Assembly (NCBI GenBank): GCA_003344405.1
Contig: NOWV01000027.1
Coordinates: 186,001 to 250,000 of the forward strand
Length of the DNA: 64,000 nucleotides
DNA from: Trichoplax sp. H2
Lineage: Eukaryota
Direction: 5' to 3'
Shown here: piece after piece, positions 27,701 to 43,943 of the stretch
Layout of the letters: each line of letters begins with the position of its first letter
How positions within the stretch are numbered: the first letter of the stretch is position 1
Made by a program: the position numbers and the translations under genes
Notes under the pieces: model-generated
Database searches by the model: none
What the model saw: the letters and a program-made list of their open reading frames with translations, nothing else
Told to the model about the DNA's origin: nothing

Positions 27701-30700
27701 TTTGGCCGCATATGAACTATAAGTAAGTTGTCTATATGCCATATTGACTGAATATAGTTAGCACCTTATAGGTATCTATGTATTTATTATGGTCCTCTCG
27801 TGACGATACGATTTCGCTTTAATGTTAATTTTTAGATGGGCTGTGCCTAGAGCGATGGCTGAAGCGGGATTCTTCCATCAAGTAAAATATAATATATCCA
27901 TTTAGCTATATTTTTTGTATTCGTTTTTGCCTATACATTTTCGTATATGATTTTGATACAATCTAAAGTATGGTGTATTATCTCGTTTTAACGGCTAATA
28001 TAATTTAAATAACTATTCTACATAATCTCTTTTTCATTCTTTTTATCTATAATTATCAAAGCCGAACAGTTTAGGAGATGATCGTGTAAATTGTTTTACA
28101 TGTAATTCTTGCTTAATAAATTGGGAGCCTTCAGATGAGCCTTGGTTAGATTAAGCTTACATATTATAAATTTAAACTTTTAAAGATTTATTATAGCTAT
28201 GTTAACTTATATAATACTAGGTCTGAACATGAAAGACATTGTCCTAATTGTCCGTATGTAAAGAATGAGTATACGAAAAATATTCCATCATGGGGTAATG
28301 TTGCGTTACTAAAAATATGTTTGCAAAGTCTACGTTGTCAAGTTGTATTCATACAATTTGTTATTATTACTAGATTGTAATGGCACCTTAAAATATAGAA
28401 TTTTATTCTTGTTTTGCAGTGTCCCTTGGCACTAGTATTGCCCGCTATATCGATGTTGATTCTACTACTGTGAGTAGTATTATAATTATTTTGAGTTATA
28501 TTAATTTATCTAAGATATTAAAAATTGATTCATTATCCGTACTTCTTGCTTAATGTGGATTTTACTGAAACTGTTAAATATACCTAGGTTAGTTGCATTA
28601 GCAACAATCTGCATCGGCTACCTCTTATAGCTACAGCAATAGCATCTGATACTATTTTAATTTGGAATGTTATGCACGATCTTCAGGTATGTTTCAAGCC
28701 TTGACTAATTTGCTTAGATTATAGTCCTAAAGGGCATTTTGTGATCGTGCGTAATGTCTTTATGTTACATTTCAATTTTAGCTTCAGTTCGAAATAAATT
28801 TAGCGGCCTTGATAAGATACTCACACGCATCGTCCAAGGATAATAACCTCCCTCTTGCAACTCAAATATCCTCTTGTGACGAAAGCAAAGCCAAGCTAGT
28901 TGATGATAGATCTGCTGACGAAAATCAAATAGCAAATGACGTTAAAACCGTTCTTGGTTCGAAAAATGAATTATTTTTTTATAATTACATTAAATTAATG
29001 GGGCTTTTTAAAATGTTATATGATTATTAACTATATTCTCATATCTTATAATAGATACCAATACGAACTTGACGAATGTACTTCAAAAATCTAGATATGC
29101 TAAAAATTTATCGATAACGTCGATGTCCTTTATTGACAGTATTGATTTAGTCCGATCAGAAAATGATGGGAACGCTAATATTGTAAATGAAGACTTTAAT
29201 CCAAATTCTCTTAGCCTAGTTTGTGGTGTTTCCGTATCAAAGGAGTTTTACTTGAGTGATCGTCTACTTTTGGTGATTCTTACCACAAGTCCTCAGTCTA
29301 TGGCGGAAAACAACATTGGAAAGACCGATATCAATAGCGTTGCAGAATCTGGAGCTCCGCCAGATGAAGATAACTGGCTGATTGACATATCAGACTATAA
29401 ATCGAATGCATCTGCTATAAAAGACGATGAAAGTGATTATTCTTCGCTAATTTCCCAAATGCTCCCTTGCTTACCTGATAATCACTCAGTTACGAGTAGT
29501 ATTGGTACAAGAACTGAAGATGAATTATCTAGAAATGACGATGTTAGTGATCATTTAGCGAATAATAACTTAATTGAGCTACAAAACGAAAATATATTGC
29601 AGGTTGTCCAATTACCTTGTGGAAATAGTAGTTCTTTTGTAATTTCCTTTATCTCGACAACTTCCGATAATAAGTACGTCATCGTTGTAGTTTCTCCTCA
29701 TGAATTGCCTTCTGGTAATAATGATAGAGACAATCATGGATTTGATGGTGGCTACTTATTTGTCTACGAAGTTGTATTATCAGAAAATGTAAAAAAGATA
29801 TCCAAAAGACCATTACATAGTCTATGTATCGATTCAGTGGAAGAGTCTATTGTTAAGGCAGCGCTCATACCTAGAAATGAACTTCGCCGTGAAAATTTAT
29901 CGAAGAGTAATGATTTTGACAATTATAATAAATTAGCTCACAGTCGTGATATCTTTATTGGCGCAACTAAAGGTGGAAGTCTGCATCTTTTTGACGCTGT
30001 CACGCTACAAGTAATAGCCTCGTATTCGTTTAGTGAGCTGATTTTGGATTTTAATGGCGAGCAATGTATGCAACTTTCTTATTGTGCTGCCGTGCAAAAA
30101 TTATGTATTGCCTTCAAGGGTAGTCAATTGCACTTCCTTGACATGAATAAAATTGTACATATGCATAATCAGCTATATGAAAACGAAATAGCTAATGATG
30201 TAACTGATGGCCTAAAGACTAATGGTTAGTTCAGGAAAATCGGTTTATAGCAATTGATATTACTGTAAGTAAATCTTTTCTACATACTTTTTCTTATTAT
30301 TTAGAAATATCGACAACGCTGTCGCAGGAGTTGTCATCTAAGATTAAAGATTTGATGCTATTTGCGTCATCGCTGGTTTGTCGGCCTACTGCAGATAAAG
30401 TTCAAGTTATTACTCCAGCAGGTTGGGTGATTTTTCAACCAAGCAGAAAAAGGGAATCAATCGTAAATATTATTGATGATAGTAGCAATTGGTGTGCTTG
30501 TAAATACGATGGGATAAGGTAATTAAATATACAGTGTTGCTGCCAATGACTACAGCTAATTTTAATTTTTACGATAATGAATATCAGAATCTAGGTTCTT
30601 TAATCATTTCATTATCATTCATTTCAATTCCAGTCCAACATCATCAGGTCGCAATTATGTGTTTGAATTGGTACTCTCTCGGCCATCTTATGTGAGCCAC

Positions 30701-33700
30701 GTTAATGTTAAGGTTGTTATACCAGAAGAAGTAACTGGAAAATACGAAATCAGAGGAGCTTTACATGACAGTTATAATTATGTTAATACACTAAATGATT
30801 TACCAACTGGTGAAAATCCGTTGCAGACGAAGCTACACAGCTCAGTTAATGATGAAGGCGGTAAAACATATAGAGCCAAAGTTAGCAATATTGGATTAGT
30901 AAATAAAGCATCTACCGTTTTGTACCTTACCTTAAGCATTCGGAGTGATAGTAGCTCATATCATGATGGTAAAAATTCTTCAAACATGAACCCAGAAAGT
31001 AGTATGAAATCTCATTCGTGGCACGGATTGATGGTTTATCTAAATGCATACTCGTTTCTTAATGAGTCTGCAAAGGATATTGTTATTAGAAATAGTTTGC
31101 TCAATAGCGAAGACATTTACATATCAATCATAGAATCACTAGCCGGTAAAGAATTTCATACAGGAAATCTCGGAACAAGTTTGAAATCGAATCATGAGAT
31201 GATATCTTGTACTACGATATCCTTAGATTTATTGATAAAGATATTAGCATACAGAGCTGGTATAGATGCTTCGTGAGTAACAAATTGCATGCGTATGTAG
31301 TTAGTAAATTAACTTTTACTGATATCTACTACTTTTGTTGTTTAGGGCTTTATCCTATATTCAACATTTGCAATTAAATCTTGAGCGTATATCCCAGAAC
31401 TACATAATATTTAACAATAGAAGTTGTGCACATTTATTTGCAAGATTATTTATACAATGCTTAACGTAAGTGATACTTAAGTTTAAAGCATAGATAAAAT
31501 TTCATTATTGTTGTTGTATCATGTTGATAAAGTAGGATCCACGTAATACTTGGACATATATAACTTTACTAAATGGGATTATTCTATCCGTATAATATTT
31601 GATGTGGTTATCATAGTTCCATTGCTAGCAAAAGTGCGAATTCTTTTCAGAATGAAGCACTGCGAGCTTTTCTGCGTATTCTGCCGAAGACAAGTGCAGC
31701 TGTCTCTTTTGAGGCTTTACAGTGGTATTTCCTGTTAATTTCCAATTGTATCAACAATGAAAACAGAGATACAGCTTTTGCTACATGCTGCCAATTTCTA
31801 TCTGAATGCTGTTCCAGCTTATCTTCATCTTTAACCGAAGAGCATACTGTACTGCGATCATTGTAAGTTATTTGACTATATTTTGCATTTATTATGGTTG
31901 TTTATATCGATTTGTGAAATTTAATGTTTGATCGTAGCATTTGTGGTTTCGTTAAATTTGATGATCATAAAATGTTTTAATTTTTTTTTGACAGGTTTGG
32001 CTTATATGGTAATCCTCTAGAAGCGACAATTTATTCCTCACCACTCTCATTATTGCAGCCTCTCTTTACTAATTCGATGTTTGATAGAGCTTTGGGATCT
32101 AGACTACCTGGTATCGATTATTGCATCAACTACTCGGAATTAAGCACTTATCTTGAAACTTTTGTCACTTATAAAGGTAAGGTATAGTGGTATTGATATG
32201 ATACTATTTATACTTAGTATTGCGGTTGAGTAGATGTTTTAAAAGGCTGTTAAGCAATAGTATGATTCATAACATACTCATAATACAGTACTTATTATAG
32301 CGATACATATTCAAGCTTTATCTTGTAAAGTAAGGAATTGATTGTGTGTTCGTTAAGTAGATTTTCCGTCATCCTTTCTGGAGGCTGAGCCATTATTCTT
32401 TAAACATCATGCAGTAAGTTCTGGTGCCAAAGTTGAAATAGTGAAAGGTAAGATTAATGAATTACACAACTGGTATTGTAATGATTTCATTACAAACATT
32501 GCCTGTAATTAACGCTTAAATATCTAAATGCTATCGATGTACATTATACTCTGGTCTTACTTATTTAAATTTTAGGCTTCAAGTCAATAAATTCGGGTGA
32601 TTCACTGGATGCTTCTAACGAATTTTTCGAATATTATGATCACGATACGTTGTTTGAAGCCCCCGATAGCATAGATGATTATTATTTAGATAAAGAGGTA
32701 ATTTATATTGAATGTGGTAGAGAAGCTTGAACGATAGTTTAATTGATTTAACATTCGTTCGTCGTATTATGTTACTAATTATTAGTTAATTATTGATTAA
32801 CTTATTTAAATACTTAATACTTTATTTGCCATATATCGCTATCATCAGTTGGAGCAGTTGATTCCAGGCGGTAACATTAACATGAAACCTTATAGTGGAT
32901 CACTATTTGAACACAAAAAGTCGAAAGCATTGCTGAGAGATAGTAAGAAGAGTGGAATAGATAATTTATCAAGCTTGCCGCGAACACACGAAATCAAACT
33001 CAGTGTATGTATGAAATTTCAATTTTATTTCGCAACGTCGTTAGTGAAAAATTTTTAATTTTTTATCAGTCTGAGGTCTGAAGCCCATAATTACGACTGC
33101 ATTATATTAGTAGCTATGTTACGGTCCATCCCAGGATTGGCCATAACAGCTATGCGTAGATCACTTGGATATTCTTTATTTAGATACTGAATACTTTTAT
33201 AAAAATGATTGGCTTTTAGCCTCCTCCGTCGTTGGTTTTAATTGTAGAAAAAATATATTCCGGTTCCCGACACTATGTTACGATTGATTTTGGACGGCCT
33301 ATAGCTCTAACGGATGTTGTTATACCTAGTTCTTCATACTTATCCGTAATTTATTTGGATGCTTGGTTAGATGGCGATAATGAGCGTAGACTATCAGTAT
33401 CGACTGAAATTGGCAAAAAAAATTTTATACTAAATGACATAGTACCCCCAGTTCTATGTCGCTTCGTTAAGGTTATAAAAGTAACAATTTTTTATTATTG
33501 TTTTTACCAAACCTATATATTGTACACGCATAATGGATTTAAAAATATTCATTAATAATTAGCATTTTACTCAAATACACGCAAATAATCTTTCTTAATA
33601 GATTTCGATTATCGCTCGATCTCTTGGAACTACTGGTACAAGTGTTCGTATTTCCTTAGGCAACTTTTATGGAATTTCTTCGGTTCTACCATGGCAGAAT

Positions 33701-36700
33701 GATATGCATCGAGCTTCTATTAACGGAAAACATGAATCGAATAATTTAGAGAGACAAATTTTTAGAAATTTAGAGGAATATCGTCAATCATTCCACTCTT
33801 TTCTAGATGATCTATGCTGCCGATATGAAATAGCATGTAGCTATTTTCGGGAGATATTAAATAAATCTGTTTCAGGTTCTGTTATGCAAAGGAACCATTT
33901 TGATCGATCAGCGTTTACTGAAGCATATTGCACTTGTATTAAACTTCAATTGCAACTAAATACTGGTAGCAGAATACTGGAGAGACTCGATGCAAATGCT
34001 ATAGAATACGAAAAGCGAAGCTATGATTTCAATAGTAATCTTTGCCTTCAGTTGATTAACACCTTGCTATCAATAGCTAACTTTGATCAAATCAATCTGG
34101 ATTCTTGTCATATATTCACGAAATATATGACGCGAGATTTTTGTAAATCGTTATTTATCGCTTTATGTGTAAATGGTTCACCGCTAGTTTGTGTTCGTAC
34201 TGGGGCGCTATTGCTCCATATTTGTGGATCGCAGCCGTGGTGGGGAGAATTTTTAGCTGATATGCTTTATTGCTGTTATAGCAACATTTGGCGACGGAAC
34301 TTGCATAATGAAAGGTATACTATAACATCCAATCTGGATTGTTAACGATTACGGATGATGTATTTGTCTTTGGTTTAGATATTTCTTTTTGTTATACACG
34401 TATTTTTACTCGTCGCAGGTTATTTAGCCTACTTGTTGATATGGGACGTAGATCAATAGAATTATCAAATAAGCACAGCACACTTCATGGCATATTGCAA
34501 TTTACTTATAAAGTCTTAACCACGCGTCATGATGACGAAGATGAAAAGAATTCGATTGACTTTAATCTACTTTACTGGACGGTCATATTTATATCCGAAT
34601 TACTGGATGGATTCACTCGAGGCAACCAACAAAAAAATGATAAGGGTAAGAGGGTTTTATTTGTTATCAATACCAACCTATGCTGAATATTTTACTTTTA
34701 GGCTTTAGTATATGTACTGGGACATTTGAACTGGTACCTTATCTACCTTACAACTTATTCTATATTTTCATTAAATAACTTATTTTTCCTATTTATATTA
34801 ATTTACGTAGATAAATCAAGGTGGAACTTTTTATTAATTAAAGAAGCATCCAATCTGCCTACTCCGCCGGCCAACCCTAAACAGAAACTTAAACGGTCTT
34901 ATTTCTCTAACGCTAATAACGGAATCTTTAAAATATCCCCAACATTAAAAGAGGTGAGAAATATTACCTATATCTTTTATGTTCGCAATAATTGAACAGG
35001 GATGGTACTTAACTGCTTGTATTATATATAAATTAAGCCATGTATTAGATCACTGATTGTATGTAATACGTAAACTATGTTTCATTTAAGAGCTATCTTG
35101 CACGAGATTCAACTACTTTAATGCTACTTAATTACCTATTATAATTATTATTCACAATATAATATCACACACTGCAATACGCGCATATCGCTTAAAGATT
35201 AAGTCTTTCATGGATTCTATCTGACCTGATAGGAGTACAAAGATGATAATGATGGCAAGCCTGGTGCGTTTAATTCATCTGGTTCCACTAATGCTACGTT
35301 ATTATCGGAGAACTTAGAACATTTACCGATAGCAGCTAGCTTAGCTAAAGATAGCGTCCAACCGGTTGTGAAAGAATTGATCGCTGTTATTCTTTCCTTA
35401 GATGTTGTTCAATGCGAAGATATCTTCACTGTGATATGCATGGTACAAGAATTTGTTGTTGATTATGTTATAGTAGAAAGTGTGAATGATTTACGCCAAA
35501 TGAATTTTTATTAGGCTGTGCTGATTTTGTCACTTTTACATAGGTTATAGCGCGGTTATGTTTATTAAGTTCTCCAGCAATAGTATTAGCTGAGCTATTA
35601 ACAGAAGATCAACTTCTTGCATTGCTACATCAAGCTACATCTCATCAACGAACTGCTCCTTGGGTATCACATTCACTAAGTTGTTTATTATTAGATGTAA
35701 CATCTGCTAGTTCAAGGAGATTAAATAGTGGCATTTCTTCACCGAAAAGGAAGCAAACCGGTAAGACATCCACCATAATTTTGAGAAGATCTCATATTAA
35801 TGTTGCTCGAGTAAATGTTCGTAATTTTTAAGTAGATACCCGTGACAATTCCGTTAAGTCAAAGAACTCCAGTAACACTGCTTCAGAAGCTACTAAACCC
35901 AGCAAATCAAGTAATCTATCTCAGATAGAACAGTCTGAATCGTTAAATATTACATTGTTGGAAGAATCACACGGTAACTCTTCATTTAATGTTTGGTCAT
36001 ATGAAAGTGGACATAAATCCGCTAGTGACCCGAACAATCGTGGAACTGATCCTGAACAAACTACTGCCTCTTCAGTTGATAACCAGATATGTCTGGATTT
36101 ACGTTTAAATGATCAGATGGGTCAAATTGCGGAAATAAAACTAATGTCTCGATGTATTGATCATGGTCTGTTTTTAAAGAATTGTTTGAAAGGTCCCATC
36201 TTACGAAGTAACAGTTCATCACAAAATTTTGATAACACATTAACTGGTACAGTCAATAATGTAACGGACAATACTGCGGTGATGCTATCAAAAACTTTTA
36301 ATAACTTTTTTCAACGCAATTTTCACAACGATGATGACCTTAAATTTTTACTCAAGCTTTGGTTACAGTTAAGTGTGCTGCTACCGTTTAGCAATTGGAA
36401 ACAAACGCACTTAAGTTTGGTTATGAATAAGGAAACGATTGGCATAATAATCAAGCGCATATGCAGAAAACAGTCAATTTCGGTTTCAATATGGCATGTC
36501 CTTTTCAAGTGCTTAATTATAATATATGAAACATATAATGATACCCCGGATGAATTGTTGCAAGAATTGTTAATACACTTTTTCTCAGCTGTTAATTCTA
36601 CTGACAAAAGTGAACATAAAATTGGGCAATCAGTTATCCTAACGGTTAATCAATTTTTAGTAGCTCTTGCTGGCAGAGACGCTGATTTAATCTGTTCTGA

Positions 36701-39700
36701 AGTAAAATACAAAAGAATTATGTTGAAGGTTCTTGTTAATCTTACCAATTCAGGGTAAAATTTTTATTTGCTGCCTTTATAAACATAATATTTAACTTAA
36801 AGATCTAATTTTAATTCAATATGCTTACAAACATCAAAAGTTAGAATGCTAAAAAGATGTGTTGTTATTTGATTTGTGATAATATAGAAATTCAACGACA
36901 CCTAAAGGAATAATTTGCCAACAATCTGGTCCGCTGGATGCGCAAGTGATGTTTCTTAAATATATGATTAAAAATATGCCGACGAAAGCCAATGAGATCG
37001 ATTTGGATGACATTATTCAACTTTATCGAAATACTAGCCTCTTGATATTATCTCATATAATCTCTGCAAAGTCAACATCAGATAATCACTCCGTTCTATT
37101 TGAACAAATCCTTCTGACGCTATTAGCTTACTGTACTAGACTCGCTCGCTTATCATTGGTTGACAATTTACAGGAAGATCAACATGAAGTAAAAAATCCA
37201 GCAACTGTGGCTGATATAGTACTAGATGAACCCGATATTATTACTGTATTTCTTCTAATTCTAAATCAAATTGATGATAAATATATTGGCATGAAAATAT
37301 CTGGAGGTGTAGCCTTGAAATTAACTAAACACCATAGCCATCAAGATATGGTTGTATCTATTGCCGATTGGGTGCTAATGCTTATGTGTGCACTATTTAA
37401 AGGAGACGAACGAAAATTAGTAAAATCTATTATTGAAGTTTTCAATGGAAAATCTATAAATAACATATTTCTTAAACGCTCTATTACCAATTATTTGTCG
37501 GATGCTCTGTTTCTTTTTGTTCAATTAGTACTTGAACATGAAGCTAGTAGAACAAACTTTATGGAATCGGGTTTGTAGACAGATTTATTAATGAAAAGGT
37601 AATTGTTACTAAGATCGGTAATATTAATATTTATAAAAATCTTATTAGGTGGCGGAGAATTATTATGTCATAACTTTCTGGAATCAGCTAACGACTCTTA
37701 CGGATTATCAGTGCAATTGCTTCCACCAGTGCCTAATTTATTATGTGATCCGCAAGTTAAATCCGCTTATGCAAAATATGTCTCCGGAAATTTAGTGAAC
37801 TTTGCCCCTTTCTGTGAGCTATTTTAGTTGTTATAGTCGTTTAAGTAATTGATTAATATTACATTATATTATCATTTTAGGTAAGATTGTCTGTTCATCT
37901 TCGAGATCATCATCACCTAATATTTTATTGACGTCATCACTACGAAGTAGACGTCCTAGATCGGCATTATGGCGATTTCAATTCAATACAGGAGAAAGTT
38001 CATGCGATTTAATTCTTGAACTTCCTCATGTTATTCTGTTGTCGGAGCTGCACATTACACCTTATGTCTATTCCTTATTAAGTAAGATACATTCACTATA
38101 TAAATTATTCATCGACAAGTGCTAAACTAATGATAATATTTTCAAACATGTGTTACTTAACAGTTAATATCTTATATGGTAGATTCTCCAAGCGCTGCAG
38201 CCATTGAAATTTCTGACAATAAAGCATTACTTTCTCCTGTCTCTTATCCCGTTCAATGCTGCGGATTAAAAGTCATTAAACTAAAACTACCCAAACCCGA
38301 AATTGCTCGAGTAAATATGTATATTGATATGGCATCTGACTTAATATTTAACAATTTATTATTGCATGTCCCCTGTTTTTAGTGTAAAGAATTTGCTGTT
38401 TTCTGTTTTGTAGTGCATCAGAATTCAATTACTGCGACCACGCGATTCAGATAATATAGGGTTAATGCAAATAGCTGTACTGGGAAGGATGCCGTTTCTT
38501 TCTGAAGATCAAACTGTTACGCCAAATAGAATTGATGAAGATTTTAAATCGAGGTATGATCTCTTCTGCTTTGCTATGAAATACTGGATATTTTTTGTCG
38601 TAAAATTATACCCGTACTGTTAATAAAGGCACAGCTTATAACAATAATATCTATTTATTTTATTTTTTTTCTGAATTATCTATTTAGTCTATATTGGTTA
38701 GGCTTGATCTACTCATGCTTAAATGATAAGTCCGATATAGTTAATAGCACTTTATGTCCTAAAATTGCAAGTATGCCATCATTTATTCATAAATGTGCAC
38801 GCCTGTTAGGAGTTAACAGCCTTAGGTATGATTGATTGATTTTTTATTTTATTATTGCTATGGTTTGTATTACTAATACGCATTCTAATTTTATTTTATT
38901 TTGATTTAGTAATGACGATCACATAAAGATCGAACAGATATTACTAAGGGTTGCTTCGAGTTCACCCGATTGCGCTTTATCATTATTACGAATGCTACTT
39001 TACCAAAACAGAAATAGTCCATTGTTATCATACTACGCTGGTGCTTCTTCTGTTTACACTATTTACCAGTTAGGTATTTCTGATGTCCCTACTGGTCGAG
39101 AAAGGTATTTAGTGAATGTCTTTGATAAAAGATCCTTATGCTATTGAAATTAATCTCCTTATTCTGTTTCTGCAACTACAGATTAAAATTAATTGCCGGA
39201 TGGTTAGAAAATATTAGTGGTAAAACACCGAGTATTCTTCTGCGTACCGTAGCAAGTATATTGTGGCAATTTAAGGAAACGGAATGCCGTCTTTGTGATG
39301 TCATTAATGTGGATTTAATTAAGTTAGTTTAATGTATTTTTGATAAGGAAACATTTCGATCTAATTTATATTAATACCATTTTAATTTTTTTGCTTTACT
39401 AGATCATTATGCAACACGGCTTTATCTTTAAATCGTGATAGAGAATCACAAAAAGCTATTGGCCTGCTAATATGTGCGATATGCCATGCTGAGAATTCTT
39501 TCACACCCGTAACAATTGAATATTTGCAGCTGTCATCTATTTTTGCTTTAAGATCCGAGAACGAAATTCATGGTCGTTTGTTACTTTCTTCTTTCATATG
39601 CCAATCCACATTTGTTGTTGAATTTATCTTACAGCAAGAAATCATATCAAAATTTGTAGTGTACGTGACGAAATTTTTCGAATTATTATCGCAAGGCCAG

Positions 39701-42700
39701 CCCAATTTAATGAATGAAGTTCGTCGGAAATGTTCTAGGCTTGTTACTATCATTGACTTTATTTCAGAGTTATGCTTGCAGCCAAAAGCCCAGCAGTGGT
39801 TTGGGGATGAACCAGCTCTGTGTATGTGGAATTCTATTATTAAAGGCTTATGTACTCATCAGGATAAGCCATTATTGTGTCAACTGTCTAAACGTGACAG
39901 AATTGACATTGAAACAGCAACCATTTTACTGGTAAAACGGTTTACATCTCATAATTATCCGAATCAACAAAAGATTGTTGATATTATATATCGCCTTTTA
40001 GCCGTTAAAAATCACGATGATGGAAAATCTCTACAGTATCCTCGACAGTGTATCATTCCTAATTTTTTTAGGAAATTACTCGCTCAAGTCATACTGCGAG
40101 ATGAGTGCATCAATCTACAAATCAGATATTTTAAACCTCTGGAAGAATTTTCATTTCAAAGTAGTTTATCTCATCCTCGATTTACAATCGATCGCAAGAA
40201 GTATCTTTTTGAAGCAAAATTATCTGATAGCATCCATACTTTGATCGGTCCACTTTTAAATGAAAAAAATAATGTTATCATGGATAAAAAATTAGAACAG
40301 GCTGTCCAAAAGCAGCTAAGTAAGACTAAAAATGCTGGTGATGTTGAAGGCTATGGTGTTAAGATGGTATCAATTCCAGCCAGTCAAAGATCATTAGATC
40401 AACTTGATAGTAATGACGATAATGATACCAGTGATGAAGAAGGATCATATGTAATATATTTCGGAGATTTTGCCTTTTTGTTAAATTCGAAAGCGAAAAA
40501 ATGCACAATTTCTCAAATTCTTCAGTATTTGATTGATAAAGAAGTGATCAATTTATCACAACCTATTATTGAGTTATACGTTTGTACCCACGATCTACCG
40601 AGACCGCCATCTCTACCAGGTACAGTATATTGTACAGTAGAAATAGTAATGGTAGGAAATATAATTTTTACTAAATTGTAGACGGTTGTTATTACATTAA
40701 TATAAATTTATCATTAAAATTGTATAGCTATACAACAATTGGACTGGTCAACACTTGCTCCTCTTCCATCGTTTTTAAGTACTTTCATTAAGGCTGGCTG
40801 CGCGCAAATATTGGGCAATAGAATTATCCCGTCAATCAACGTTAACAACATTTATAGCTACTTGACTCCAATTCTTAAAACACTCTCTACTAATATTATG
40901 GCTGCTATGCCGCCGCATTCTTTATTAAGTTTTGGAATGTTTCTGAATTTGAATGGATTTGCTGAAAAGTTATTAAGTAATGAGACAAGCGCCAGATGGT
41001 TGTTTAGGCTAACTTCTGGGGTGGAAATTAGTACTGAAGGAGGTATGTCATGCGTAGATGCAATAAATTTTGTATTTGCGTATTTCAGACAAATTGAACG
41101 AATAAATTTTGTACAAATAGAATTACTTAGTTATAATTTAGATATTTTGGGATTCTTTTTCATTGTAGGGAATATCTCTACGGTTGCTGGTAAACTGTCC
41201 CTACCACTGAAGCCATTCACAGCATTGGAATCTTTATTTCATGAAATACAGTTTTCTTGCAGCGAAGGGATAGATTTACGGACGGAAGCTATCGAACTTG
41301 GAATTATGCACTTACTCATTACATGTTTAAAGATATTTGGTCACCTTGAACCGTTTATATCAATAGATCAGAATTCGGTAGGGAAGCCGATTGCTAGTGC
41401 GATATACTTGTAACGTGCATTAAGCTTGTAGGCGCGGATATATTAAGGTGCTCTTTTATTAATAGGAGACTCAACAGCTGGAACATTCCGGTGTATCTTG
41501 CAGCGACGTGCTAGGAAATAATGACCCAATGTCTTCTCAAAGGGAAAAAAGCAGAGACCATGATTTATACTATATGGCAAAAGGGACAGGATTTGGAACA
41601 GGATCGATTGCGTCTAACTGGGATGTGGATCAACTGCTCATAGTTCAACAAATTGAAGAGTCTCATATTAACGCTATTTTGAATGTATGATTTTTAGAGT
41701 AGTTGTCTACAAATAAATATATTAAGCTTTCGTTTTTTTAATTTTTCATATTTGTTTATTATTAATAGGTGATCACATCCTTTCTGGAATATGACAAATC
41801 AACCTATTTATCGTTAGATACAAGAGTAAAAGATACGATATCCACAATTCTTAAGAAATTAGCTCTATTATTTAAAGAATCGAACTTTGTGGTTTTTATT
41901 AATAATTGTCTAAGGAATGACTCTGGTTAGCATTCTACTTTGCAATTCTCGAATACTTAATCAACCTAAAATTAAATTTTTAAAATCTTTATGTTAGTTT
42001 TAGATATTGCACACCATATTCCGATGTATCAGTCTTTATTAAATGTCGTACGTAATATTGCAAAATGGCCGACGTTAATTCCGCTACTAGCTCCGGACGT
42101 CACCTCAAGCGAAGGCTCTGATGGCGTCGTAGATTTTATTAAAAATTTAAAAAGCTGCATCGAAATTTATTTGGGAAGATTAAGGTGCTATTAATGCCTA
42201 TACAGGAACGAATACGTTTATCATTCATAAAATTGTTCTTATTTAATTCCTTTTTGCATTAATTATTAGGCCAAGTAAGAAAGGTACTTTTAAAAATGGC
42301 GATAGAATGATAGATGAAGGTAAGTTAATACCGGATTATGTGATGGCAACAAAGCTCTTCGAATATTGAATCGACAATATAATACTGAATGGGATGGTGA
42401 GACCTTATTCAGTAATTTTATTGTAAACATTTATTTCAGGATTGCAGAAAGAAAACAAAGAAGATCAGGATAGAAAAAATATTGCTTCCTTGATTCCGAA
42501 TATTTTAACTACTTTAGAGATAGTCGAAAATGGTATTGCTTCTTATAGAAATGTGAATGAAGATATGCCAACGTTGGTTAACACGAATGCTGATATTAAT
42601 GAAGAGCAACATGATGGTGATAGTGATCAAAATTATGTGGCAAAGATGAGATCGTTGCAGTTTGGTAGGCTATTCATAGATGATTGTTAACTAATTTAAT

Positions 42701-43943
42701 TCAGTGTTCGAACTTGACGAATATTTGATGGATCGGCTTCGTTGTTGATTTAATAATATACTATTTTTTCTTGCTACATTTTAAGATACTTACTGTATCA
42801 CAACTGAAACGGATGAAAATGAAACGATATTTAACGTTCGCTATCACTATGCATCAGCCGTGCGTTCAGCAATAGCTAATGGTAGCGATTCTGGCAGTTC
42901 GGAGAGGGCTAGAAGGCTGGCTCAGGAAGCTGCGGCTTTGTCGAATTCCTTACCATTATCTGCCAGTTCTAGTGTGTTTGTCAGATGTGATGAAGAACGG
43001 CTAGACATAATGAAGGTAGGTCGGTACTATCTTACTTAGTTTGCAGCCAAACTAGTAATATATTAATATACTATATATGTAGGTTATAGTTACGGGTCCT
43101 AGTGGAACACCATACGCAAACGGTTGCTTTGAATTTGATACCTACTTTCCGCCAGAATACCCAAATGTTCCTATGCAAATAACATTAATAACTACTGGTA
43201 ATCATACCGTAAGATTCAATCCTAACCTTTACAACGAAGGCAAGGTAATTTCAATGCTCTGTACTGTAATACCATTTAATGTTGTCCATGGATGATTTTA
43301 CATTGATATTCTAAAGCTAATTAGCTGATTAATGGAAATAACTTTAAACCCTAATAGGTATGCCTGAGCATACTGAATACATGGGTTGGTAGACCAGAAG
43401 AAAAATGGAGCCCTCAGACCTCGAATTTTTTACAGGTTAACTTTTAAAGCCGTAATTAATTATTGGCTGTTGCATCAACATTGAGTTTATTTCGATTTTG
43501 GATAGGTCCTAGTTTCGATTCAGTCGTTGATTCTGGTATCTGAACCTTATTTTAATGAGCCTGGATATGAAAGGTCATATAATACCCCTCATGGTCAGCA
43601 AGCGTCGTTAGAATATAGCGCAAATATTAGACAAGCGACAGTTCGTTGGGCAATGTTGGAACAATTGCGTAATCCACCGTCAGGCTTTGAAGATGTAGGT
43701 ACCAGTTTGTATTCGCTGTTTATTTTGTGAGTGCTGATAACTGCTAAAAACTTACTTTAGGTAATACAAAGTCATTTTGCAATGAAACGAAGTGAGATTT
43801 TAAAACAATGTCAAAACTGGAGAGAAGAGTATGAAGATATCGTAAAAAATCACAGCAAAAAAGCAAGTAAAGCGTTCGTGAATAGTCTGGAACTTCTAAA
43901 AAAGCACATTAATAAGTTACAGGAAGAATTGAAGAAATTATAA
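24742..43943 (+). CDS. BIRC6: BIRC6/Bruce/Apollon giant BIR-domain E2/E3 ubiquitin ligase (many exons)
   Basis: The likely start is MATGGG at 24742. The BIR domain (about 27660-28290) reads [59 protein letters not shown]. Other blocks are [30 protein letters not shown] and [12 protein letters not shown]. The C-terminal UBC domain reads [56 protein letters not shown] (catalytic Cys codon 43361-43363)..[12 protein letters not shown]. The stop TAA is at 43941-43943. Confidence 0.96.

Noticed and set aside
36323..40244. Alternative-frame and antisense ORFs inside BIRC6 exons (36323..36607, 39568..39753, 39714..39935, 40017..40244)
   Set aside because: Shadows of long BIRC6 coding exons.
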